DNA of 62,879 nucleotides, filler included, from Bonamia ostreae (Eukaryota): NCBI GenBank assembly GCA_040357525.1. It is 46 parts of 46 records of this genome, joined end to end, with 100 filler letters (N's around TTAATTAATTAA, not from the genome) between each part and the next. Parts side by side here need not be neighbours in the genome. Positions count along the whole stretch, not along the records: positions 53,442 to 54,705 come from JBDODL010002195.1; positions 54,806 to 56,068 come from JBDODL010002196.1; positions 56,169 to 57,431 come from JBDODL010002197.1; positions 57,532 to 58,794 come from JBDODL010002198.1; positions 58,895 to 60,157 come from JBDODL010002199.1; positions 60,258 to 61,518 come from JBDODL010002200.1; positions 61,619 to 62,879 come from JBDODL010002201.1; 39 more parts are not named here. One strand, 5' to 3'. Shown piece by piece: positions 53,342 to 62,879 of this stretch (position 1 is its first letter; each line of letters starts with the position of its first letter). The notes under the pieces were generated by a model. It saw only the letters and a program-made list of their open reading frames with translations, ran no database searches and was not told where the DNA came from. The position numbers and the translations under genes were made by a program.

Positions 53342-53441
53342 NNNNNNNNNNNNNNNNNNNNNNNNNNNNNNNNNNNNNNNNNNNNTTAATTAATTAANNN
53401 NNNNNNNNNNNNNNNNNNNNNNNNNNNNNNNNNNNNNNNNN

Positions 53442-54000
53442 GACAAAATTTTGCACAAAAAATTTCATAACAAAATTTTAAATCTTTTTTACAAAATTTC
53501 TACAAAAGACAAAATTCTTTTTATCGATCACAGAAAAAAACTTCTTTATGCACAAATCGCTTACAATTCGAAAATATCGAATCAAATTTCCAAAAAATTA
53601 GGAATGAGCACTTCTTCTGACACAAACAAAAACCTGAAAATTTATGTTTGTTTAAAATCGGATCGAATCGTTGGTTTTTCGAGTATAAAAAAACTAAATT
53701 TTGCGTACGAACTAGTTTTTAGATAAAAGAATAAAGGAAGAGAACATGATAAATTACAAAAAGAAAAAAAGCGTTTTGATAGGAATCGACAAAATTTGGG
53801 TCTGTGAAACGCAAAGAAGACTTAAAATAGCTTTTACATTGTTACAATTGGCGAGGTAAAATCATTATTTTAAAAATTTTAGAAAATATTATTACAAAAA
53901 CAAAATTATCGACAAAAGCAAAATGGCGTTTAGTCAACCGACAAAAGATGGCTTGAAATTTGCAAATTGGTATTTTGAAAGTAAGATTTTTGTTTTTTAG
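53442..54000 (+). CDS. ECO1: Cohesin acetyltransferase Eco1/ESCO, 5'-partial (parasite)
   Basis: HKKFH (end of the zinc finger), IGIDKIWV..RRLKIA, AFSQPTKDGLKFA. Introns 53715-53736 and 53856-53882. Confidence 0.85.
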
Positions 54001-54153
54001 TAAATCTTTAATTTGATGGCGTTTTTAAAATTTCAATATGTTTTTAGTAGAACAACCGTTAATGTCGTTTTAATAAAACTTTTTAATGTCGTTGTTTAAG
54101 CAAAATTTATAAATAAAAATTTAATGGCGTAGCATTAAGAACATTAAAGTAAT

Positions 54154-54657
54154 TTAATTTTCATCTTTTAAAATGCGAAGAACGAGATTTTTAAGTGGGT
54201 CAAAATTGTTTTGGTCCAATAATTTAAATTCGTTACAGAAAATTACAAAATGTTTGAAGCACGAATTCAAGTGCGCTTCGTAACCTTTTTCTTTCATTTG
54301 ATTTAAGTGGTTGTGATAAATATGTGCAAAAACGCGAAACAATCTTCGGTAGATTCCATTGACTCTCTTCTTAAAATTTTTGGGGAAATCTTGTTCTTCG
54401 AAAAATTGGTTTCAATTGAATAAATTACAAACCTTCTTCGACGGGAAAAAGAGATTCGTCGTTAGTTTGTTCTCCCACCCACTCGAATAACAATTTGACG
54501 TATTTTGGGGCTGAAACGTTGACAGGTTTTGATTTCTCGTTACTGGCCCACAGAAAGGTGTACTTTTTTCCTGCTGTCATTGAGGGGCAACTAATATCGT
54601 TACAAAATTGTTTTGAAAGTTCGAATATTTTTTCGGTGGTGTTGAAGAAATGGAGTA
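54154..54657 (-). CDS. MOB1: MOB kinase activator family protein, 3' part (parasite)
   Basis: CPSMTAGKKYTFLW, SAPKYV, LFP, RRLFRVFAHIYHNH, AHLNSCFKHF. Intron 54396-54432. Confidence 0.9.
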
Positions 54658-56168
54658 CTTTAGTTTAAATTTGTTGGGATTCGTTTTGAAGACGTTTTAT
54701 AAATGNNNNNNNNNNNNNNNNNNNNNNNNNNNNNNNNNNNNNNNNNNNNTTAATTAATTAANNNNNNNNNNNNNNNNNNNNNNNNNNNNNNNNNNNNNNN
54801 NNNNNTGAACCTTAAAAAATAAAAAAAATAGGAAAAAATTAAATGTAAAAAAAAAAAATTACCAATTAAGGATTCAAAAATTAACATCAATAACCTGATA
54901 AATAAATGTATTTCATGAAATTGTGATATCAAAAAGATATTCATGATTATGTGTGATGTTGCAATGTCAATTACTGGTGTGTATTACTGACACCTGATAT
55001 CACTACCAGTTGAAGCCAGGACGTTTGAAGTAACAATACGAAGATTTATATTCAATGACTTAGGGTGTGGATTTCGTTTTATACCTTTAGCGCCTTGTAC
55101 CTGCAAAACTGAAGGGTCGCCCTCTGCTTTTCACTCAAATACAATTGTAGTGAATTCATTTAACTGTTTTCCGGTATGAATAATAATAATATGGAATGAT
55201 GCGTGTATTGAAATCAGTTTTAGTCCATAAACATATATTCTATGGCAGAAATTAGCAATATTAATTCAAGTCCAGAGGAAGGAATGAACAAGCAAGTTAC
55301 ATGTATCTTCCCTAATCATGAGTTTGTAGCAGTATGTGTTGCACCATACTGTCAGGGTACCCCTAAAGAAATTCTTAACAAAATTAGATGTGAGGTTTTA
55401 GATAAGGACTTGTTTATTCCATGAACAAATTGCTCATATACCGTACAGGCTACCATAGGAATGAACCCGGAAGGAAACAAAAAACTGGATACACAAAATG
55501 CACGGATTGTCGTTGTTTAAATATGCAGTTTTATTTACCAATGTTTTTGCAGGATGTTATGGTAAGTATAATGAGTTATCATTATCTGAAACAATATAAT
55601 AATAAACTTACATATATGTACAATGACTACCGTCTTTGGGTTAACGGTGCGTATCTAACACTTCTCTGTACGAAGGCATATTCGTATCATTTTAACCAGG
55701 AAGAAAAAGAAAAGTAAATCGAGTTGGTAAATCCCACAATCGATATAAAAGTCTTAGTAAATCGTAGAAATGAATTAAAGATTTTGAAAATCGTTTGTAT
55801 CAGGATATATCGGATAAACATTGTTGGCTTGGTTTGATATGATGTTTCTTTAAACCAATATATAACTGACCAACTTTGTGGATTGCAGGTAAGTCTAGAG
55901 TTCGAATTTTTTTTTTAAAAAGCAGTAACAGCCAAAGAACATGGGTTAAGGACTGTCCAGGTGGTAGTTTATGAATTATAAAGAAGGATCTTGCTAGTTA
56001 GTGGTACATTTTCTAAGTGTGAAAATTAGGAATATGTATTTTTCATCATTACGAACTCAATGGCAAACNNNNNNNNNNNNNNNNNNNNNNNNNNNNNNNN
56101 NNNNNNNNNNNNTTAATTAATTAANNNNNNNNNNNNNNNNNNNNNNNNNNNNNNNNNNNNNNNNNNNN

Positions 56169-56616
56169 CTGTTAAAACGCTCGTAGTTGGATATCTGCCC
56201 CCGGGCCGGCCCGGTCGTCCGCGACCGCACACACGTGCAGAGCGGCCGCCCGGGGGCATAATTCAGGAACGCCGGTCTGGCCATTTAATTGGTCGGGCCG
56301 CTGGTCCTGATCCTTTACTTTGAGAAAATTAAAGTGCTCAAAGCAGGCTCGCGCCTGAATGCATTAGCATGGAATAATAAGACACGACTTCGGCGCCGCC
56401 TCGGCGGTTGTTTTGTTGGTTTTGAGCTGGAGTAATGATTGATAGAAACAATTGGGGGTGCTAGTATCGCCGGGCCAGAGGTAAAATTCTTTAATTCCGG
56501 TGAGACTAACTTATGCGAAAGCATTCACCAAGCGTGTTTTCTTTAATCAAGAACTAAAGTTTGGGGATCGAAGACGATCAGCTACCGTCGTAGTCCCAAC
56601 CATAAACGATGTCAAC
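56169..56616 (+). rRNA. 18S rRNA fragment (V4 region), Bonamia sp., most likely B. ostreae
   Basis: Eukaryotic SSU conserved blocks (gttaaaacgctcgtagttgga, ttagcatggaataata, gcgaaagcatt, accataaacgatg). CATTTAATTGGTCGGGCCGC (BO primer as recalled) at 56282; the interval to the BOAS site end (56581) is exactly 300 bp. Confidence 0.93.
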
Positions 56617-56626
56617 NNNNNNNNNN

Positions 56627-57431
56627 TTCCTCCCTAATCGGCCAATGGGCCATTATAGGGCTTCACGTCTATTTTTGTCGCTTCGTCCAAACGCCGACCA
56701 TCTTCGCCACTCTTTCAGGCTGTTTTGCGCATATCTCAGCCGCTGCCACTGCATCGAGTTCACTTCTCAACAATATCGCTCGTCTTTCCTCTTGGAGCTC
56801 GTTGCAAGCGAATATTGCGTGGAAAGTTGTTTCGGGGATATCGCAGGTTGGGCAATTTGCGTTGGTTTTTAATCCCCTCTTCCTCAACAACTTCTTTGTT
56901 CTTAGAACCCCGAATACAGTGGCATGCACCGCTGTCTCAATTCGGCGGGGGAGAAAATCGTTTTTTCGTTTTAGTAAAAACTCCCCAAACAAAACTCTAT
57001 TCGAGTGGCGGGCATTTTTAAAGTAATAATCTTCTTGGCGGTTTATTAACTCTTTCGAGTCACCNNNNNNNNNNCCCTTCGAAGATGATCGACGAATCGT
57101 TCAAATTGACAAAAAAGACGTTAACCCTATAAAGCCACATCTTTTTACCAGGGAGGTAACAGTTAAAACTCTCTATCATCTCCTCTTTTAAAAAATCATC
57201 AAATTTAAGTGTAAATTTGTACGCAAGAATGCAGAGTCTTTCATCGATTGATGTGACTCTGCAAAAAACTCTTGCACTCGATTTTTCGATTCTCCAGTCA
57301 ACACCAATGCATGCCGCTAAACATTGGTGTTGGATCGATTCGAGTCTGTTCAAATTGCTAGTGGACATCGAGAGCAACAATGGCGCTCCATAGTCCAAAT
57401 GAGGTCTAATATAAACTTTGTATAAAAATAA
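56627..57431 (-). mobile_element. Non-LTR retrotransposon ORF2 3' region (RT thumb + CCHC knuckle), I/Jockey/R1-like
   Basis: LYKVYIRPHLDYGAP..LNRLESIQHQCL and CPTCDIPETTFHAIFAC..ERR; internal 10-N gap. Confidence 0.8.
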
Positions 57432-58949
57432 NNNNNNNNNNNNNNNNNNNNNNNNNNNNNNNNNNNNNNNNNNNNTTAATTAATTAANNNNNNNNNNNNN
57501 NNNNNNNNNNNNNNNNNNNNNNNNNNNNNNNATGTTAAAATGTTTAGATGCATAATGTACGTAATGGACTGTGCAAATAAGATCAAATTTCAAGAAATGC
57601 GGATTGTAAGAAATTTTTAGAGAACTTTCATTGTCCTACTTTCGTGCCTTCACATCAACCTATTTGTATTTCAAAACTAATGCTCGGTGTCAACAAGATG
57701 AATGATGGTATTAAGTCCATAAATGGAAATGTCGTCGGATTGAAAGTAAATATCAGAACATCAAAGAAAAAAATACCCCATGTTGAGAATTTATTTCTTT
57801 AAAAGTCGACCAAACTTAAACATATATTTTTTTCTGAATGCACTCTTAACGAACTACTTAAGAAAGAATGGTTACTTCTCCTAGATACCTAGATCCCATC
57901 CCCTGTGTTTCCATGAGTCCGTGTTTGCCCTGCTCTTAAATTATTTTTATTTATGATGTGAGATGGTCCTTGTACGCTATCTTCATTTTTTTCATATTGA
58001 CAGGTTTATTTGTTGGCTCATTTTAACACCCTAGGGTTTATCTTTATTCAAATAGAGTGTTCAGTATTCTGTCTTGTAAATTCAACAAATGAAATGATCA
58101 ATTTGACAGGATAAGAGTCTTTCTTTTCACTAAGTTTCTTAAGTGATTTAAGGGATCTGTGTTTGAAAATAAATATTTTGTTTGATATCTAGAAATGGCA
58201 TGCGCAGTAATTAATGTATTGTCCTCCATTACACTTGTCTTTTATTTTCTCCCTGAAATCACTCTCTTCAACTTCAAGATTATTTAGTCGCTATACGTGT
58301 GAATACACTTCTTTCTTAAAGGTGCATATTGGTGATAAAGTGTCGTTTAAATCATCATTATAAGAATATCTGTTTAACTTCCGTTTATCTTCAATACACA
58401 ACAAAGCACCAAGCACTATATTTTCTACAACATGTAAGACAAAATAGATAAACAATTGTGATAAAACATTAGTTTCAAAAATAAAATAATCTGTAAACCA
58501 ATTTGCATTATCATTAACACTATTTTTCAAATGACAAAATTAATACTTTCACGATATACGTGTACAGTATATAACATGCATGTACATGTATATTGCAGAA
58601 TACATAATCGCGGAGTTTAATGAAGGTTACATAATTATGCTCCTTAATGAACCAATTTTCATTGAAAGTGAAATTATGCACTTCACAATTCAGAATTTAC
58701 TTTTTTTGAATACAATCTCATCATAATCATCATGTCATGAAAATCAGAAACTTTACATTTTTGGCACACTGATTTTGACTATACATTACAACGCNNNNNN
58801 NNNNNNNNNNNNNNNNNNNNNNNNNNNNNNNNNNNNNNTTAATTAATTAANNNNNNNNNNNNNNNNNNNNNNNNNNNNNNNNNNNNNNNNNNNNAAGTTG
58901 TTTAATGGAAAATTAAAAACGAAAATTTTTCTTATATAAAATTAATTTT

Positions 58950-59880
58950 TTCGATTTTGAAGATTTCGGTCAGAAAAGCAATAGCAGCAGTCACACCCGA
59001 TATAGCAAAAATAATCGGGAAAGCAAACACTTGCAAATACTTATTTGAACCTTTCGGCAATTTTCTGTCCGACGAAACAGAAGTTTTGAAAAATTATCTA
59101 CAAATTCTAGATTCGAATTCAAGCGCTCAAAAGATCTGACGAATTCATGTCATTTTTGAACAATGAAGAAAAAATAATTCTCTTCGACAAAATTTTCTCA
59201 AACGTGAAGAACAGCGGCGTTGTTTGGGAGATTCGTCACATCGCTGCCAAGTTTCAAAATTTAAACTTCAAAAAGACAAATCTCGGCGTTCGTGGAATTG
59301 TTGGACCGGAAAACAATCAGCGAAAAAGTGGCCTCTCTTTTTTTGGAACTAATAAACGATTCTGTTTACCGCGTCAGATTCGAAACGACCAAAAACGTTT
59401 TGACAAATTTTCCCAATTTTAAAAACTATTCGCAATTTCGTCTTTCAAATCTGACAAATTTTAACATTAAAGCTCGGTCGTTTACTAAATTACTTTGAAT
59501 CCGTTGACCCAGAATATTCGACAATTTTGGAGAAACAATGTAGCTTTTTCGCGAGCAGCGCAATGTCGAGTCATCGACAGTTGTTCATAAAAATCTGTGA
59601 GAACCTTTTGGACGTTATTCCGACGAAGAAATTTTGCGAATATTACAAAAAAGCGATTTCTTTAAACGGAGACAAAGTTGTTAATGTCAGGATCACTTTG
59701 GCTGCTTTTTTGAGGCGCAATCGACGATTTTTGGGTTTTCAATTATTTTCAAAAATTTATAAATTGGAAAATTTTTTAATTGAAGAAAAACTTGATTACG
59801 AAAAAACAAAATCGACAATTGAAAAACTGAAAAAAGATGTTGATATTGATGTAAGAAACGAGTGTGGAATTTTTAAATAA
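58950..59880 (+). CDS. PPP4R1: HEAT-repeat phosphatase scaffold, PP4R1-like, 3' part (parasite)
   Basis: VRKAIA..DIAKIIG..FLSDETE/IR, WEIR, DSVYRVR, RQLFIKIC, DKVVNVRITLA, LKKDVDIDVR. Introns 59083-59110, 59251-59275, 59397-59472, 59735-59785. Confidence 0.7.
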
Positions 59881-60157
59881 TTATTCGTTTGTAAACTGAT
59901 TAAACTTTTCGAACGCGTAAAAGATAAATTAGATAAAAAATAAGATGAAAGTTTTTTAATAGGTTCATCTATCAAAGAAGGTTTTTTGGCTAATCCTTTT
60001 GCATAAATTTCTTCTTTGTGCGCAAAACAATAGCTCACGTATAGAAAAAGTGCGATGGTAACAATAACGTGAGAAATCGTAACAAACAAGTGCGGATTTG
60101 TTCTCTTTTAATATTGTGCAAATTAAGCTAAAACATTCAAATTGTGTATAAATGTTT
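59796..60157 (-). CDS. 3' fragment of a parasite membrane protein convergent with the PP4R1-like gene
   Basis: Hydrophobic segment PHLFVTISHVIVTIALFLYVSYCF; true stop and splicing uncertain. Confidence 0.35.
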
Positions 60158-60257
60158 NNNNNNNNNNNNNNNNNNNNNNNNNNNNNNNNNNNNNNNNNNN
60201 NTTAATTAATTAANNNNNNNNNNNNNNNNNNNNNNNNNNNNNNNNNNNNNNNNNNNN

Positions 60258-61518
60258 CTTCAAATGCTCCAAAAAGCCTATTTGACCAACACCGAAATTT
60301 ACAAAAAAATCTATTTTGAGCAATTGAGTCTCATCTTCGAAACAGCCGTCGAAAGCGAAATCATCAAACTCGTCCTCCGAAATCTGACCAAAGACGTCAA
60401 CGAGAATCGAAGCAAAGACCAAATCGAATCTCTGCTCCTCAAATCTACTTCTCTCTGGAAACTCCAAAACCGAAACAGAGACATTTTCGAAACTTATCTT
60501 TTGACAGTTCTCCTCTTCCTGGAAACTTTCGCGGACGAAGAGATTTACAAATCAATGCGAAAGTTCTTCGTTTTGGGCTTATCTTCGAGGAAACCGGATG
60601 TCGCAAACAGGTTCTGCGAGCTTTTGGTGCGGTTTGCGCCGAAAAGCGCGCATTCTCTGCTGTCGCACTTGTTTGAAGAAGACACTCTTCAACCGCTGGC
60701 GAAAACGTACTGGCTCCGACACGTCGTCAGGACAGTTCTGACGAGCGTTGGGAAGACGTTTAAGGCTGTTTTGTACAAGCGCTTCTCTCTGAAGCCGGTC
60801 CGGTGCGCGGAAACCGCGCCAGCGATCCTCGTCGTACCGACCAGCCAACTCGAAAAACAACATTTCGACTTTTGCAAAACGGAGAGCTCCGAAAAGGAGA
60901 ACTTCTTTTTGACAGCGGCGCGCTTTTTTTCAGCGTCCGAAATGCGAAAAGTGACCGTTTCGTTGTGGAAATCGCTGCTGCCGTCGTTGTGGCGCACTTT
61001 CACGAAAAAAGAGAGAGAAACTTTTTCGAGAAAAGTGAACTCTTTTTTGACCTCGATTTGGCTAGAAAACGGTTCAGAAAAAGACTGTTCGGAGGCGATA
61101 AAAGATTTTTTGGGCGGTTTGGCGGAATGTCTGGAGTTCAAAGAAGAGATGTTTATGGCTGATCTGGAAGGTCTGGTACTGTCGTTCGTGGCAAAGAGAC
61201 ATTTGGCGTGGTACGAAACTGTGGCGATACTTCAAAAGCAATATCGCAGTTTGCATTCTCACGATGTGCAAAAAAGGTTTTCCAAATTAAGTGCATATTC
61301 GACTGTCACAAATGAAATTCAAAGACAAACGAGTTTTTACCTGAAGAGAATTTTGGAAGATTTGTCAGAAAGCGGAGCAGTTTATGCTCTTTGGACTTTC
61401 GATCACGCTTCTCACTCTTCGATCAAAGGACTTGATTTCAAGTTGTTTGGAATGTGGGAAAATGGCCAAAATGCCTTTACCGATTTGATAGACGCTGATG
61501 AAAAATTGGTTTTTTTTC
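60258..61518 (+). CDS. TRRAP: TRRAP/Tra1 PIKK pseudokinase, internal fragment leading into the FAT domain (parasite)
   Basis: FVLGL..R..F, YWL, LW..LLP.LW..F.K.ERE, FVAKRHLAWYE.V.IL, L.DLSE...YALW, G.WE.GQ in an uninterrupted ~420-aa frame. Confidence 0.72.
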
Positions 61519-61618
61519 NNNNNNNNNNNNNNNNNNNNNNNNNNNNNNNNNNNNNNNNNNNNTTAATTAATTAANNNNNNNNNNNNNNNNNNNNNNNNNN
61601 NNNNNNNNNNNNNNNNNN

Positions 61619-61918
61619 GCCATCTCAAACAAAAATTATCGAAAATCGCTAAAATTTTGCTTTTCACAAAAAATCGCCATTTTTTAATGTCGTTTTTCAG
61701 CCATATCAAACAAAAATTATCGAAAGTCGCAAAAATTTTGCTTTTCACAAGAAAATCGCCATTTTTTAATGTCGTTTTTCAGCCATCTCAAACAAAAATT
61801 ATCGAAAGTCGCAAAAATTTTGCTTTTTACAAAAAAAAATCGCCATTTTTTAATGTCGTTTTTCAGCCATCTCAAACAAAAATTATCGAAAATCGCTAAA
61901 ATTTTGCTTTTCACAAAA
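61619..61918. repeat. Tandem repeat, ~79-81-bp unit, upstream of BI-1
   Basis: gccatctcaaacaaaaattatcgaaa..aaaattttgcttttcacaa..aaatcgccattttttaatgtcgtttttca repeated about 3.7 times. Confidence 0.92.
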
Positions 61919-61980
61919 AAACTAAATTCAGTAAATTATTATTAACAACAACAATATATCCTCAAAACCAAAATTCCACA

Positions 61981-62767
61981 ATGTCGTTTTTCCAAACTGC
62001 CCAGAACACCGATTACAGAAAAGCATTCGCGTTGTCGGACTTGTTTAAGCTTTAATTTCTTAGATCAAAAGGGACTCAAGAACACCTTTCTCGAGTCTAT
62101 GGACTGCTCTCTTTCGCTACAACCCTCACAGCGCTCACGACGCTTTTCTGTATGCGCTCTTCGATGAGCGAGTCGCTGATGGCCGTCGCGACGATCACCG
62201 TCTTTTTGTCGTTCTTCGCCTTCGTCTTCGCTTCCCCCGAAAACCAAAAACTGAAAATGTTTGCTTTGACATTTTCAGCGCTCTGTTCCTCGTAATAAGT
62301 GCTGCAAAGGGGGCTATCCTGGCGCCATTGCTAAATTTGGCCGTGAGCATCGATCCAGCCATCGTTGTCACCGCGCTGGTCGGCACTGTCTCCATTTTCC
62401 TCTGTTTTTCGATTTCCGCTTTGTACGCGAAAAGGAGACAATATCTTTTCCTGGGCGCCATTCTCGGCGCCGGAATGCTCATCCTCTCTGTTTTGGCTCT
62501 GGCCAACGTTTTCATTCGCAGCGAGTCCCTTCTTTCACTCGAACTCTGTTTTGTTGCGTTTAATGGTTAGACGGCGGTTTGATGATGTTTTGTCTCTATG
62601 TCTTGTACGACACACAGCTGATCATCTTCAAAGCCGAGATGGGCGACAGAGATGTTGCGGGGCATGCCATGGCGCTCTTCACTGATTTGTTCGCCATTTT
62701 CGTGCGATTGCTCATCATTTTGATGCGGAGAAACGAGAGTAAAGAAAGGAAACGGAGAAATGAATAA
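61981..62767 (+). CDS. TMBIM6: Bax inhibitor-1 family protein, complete (parasite)
   Basis: [62 protein letters not shown] and a basic tail. Introns 62043-62063, 62259-62278, 62548-62570. Confidence 0.95.
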
Positions 62768-62879
62768 ATGTTGTGCCATTTTTTGTATAACAAAACTTTA
62801 GTTTCGTATCAAATTATAAAAAATTTTCTTCAAAATTCATTTATCGCTAAAAAAGTTTAGCAACTTTTAATAAATCTTG

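Noticed and set aside
49349-54705. Apparent cluster of kinase, DDI1, RPS5, NDOR1, ECO1 and MOB1
   Set aside because: Four separate contigs adjacent only through size sorting; only DDI1-RPS5 and ECO1-MOB1 are truly linked.
55242-55717. P2X7-tail-like or transposon-derived ORFs
   Set aside because: Resemblance limited to a few residues; no consistent exon chain.
1276-61618. Regularly spaced TTAATTAATTAA as a CRISPR-like or biological repeat
   Set aside because: Always centred in N44 flanks; it is a synthetic six-frame stop linker.
61563-61914. Repetitive ORFs (MKSKIFATFDNFC..)
   Set aside because: Translations of the ~80-bp tandem repeat, whose unit length does not preserve frame.
61619-61918. 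Tandem arrays (also 34315-34498 and 43887-44125) as CRISPR
   Set aside because: No unique spacers, eukaryotic context, no cas genes.

Overview
This window is not one locus. It is an artificial concatenation of 46 size-sorted contigs of about 1.26-1.28 kb, joined by 45 identical 100-bp spacers (N44-TTAATTAATTAA-N44). Neighbours across spacers are unrelated, and ORFs ending in 'XXX...LIN' are artefacts. Two eukaryotic genomes are mixed. (1) A haplosporidian parasite, identified by an 18S fragment (56169-56616) that carries the Bonamia BO primer site and a 300-bp BO/BOAS interval, most likely Bonamia ostreae. Its contigs hold tightly packed housekeeping genes: FZR1/CDC20 family, SRPRA, DHX16, TRMT12, MYG1, DHDDS, WDR3, a PH-CAMK kinase, DDI1, RPS5, NDOR1, ECO1, MOB1, PPP4R1-like, TRRAP and BI-1. 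(2) A bivalve host, probably flat oyster, with conventional exons, decayed LINE/LTR/hAT/Penelope fragments and satellites. The strongest signal is the parasite's splicing system. Of 31 introns reconstructed by hand, 13 are only 20-23 nt and 19 are 30 nt or less. 27 begin GTTT rather than GTRAG, and 20 end in AAG after an A-rich rather than pyrimidine tract. Other leads are an 18S copy with variant conserved bases scaffolded next to a non-LTR retrotransposon, a decayed integrase beside MYG1, and a parasite protein with Sushi-like cysteine repeats. All protein assignments come from manual translation and recalled family motifs; no database search was run.
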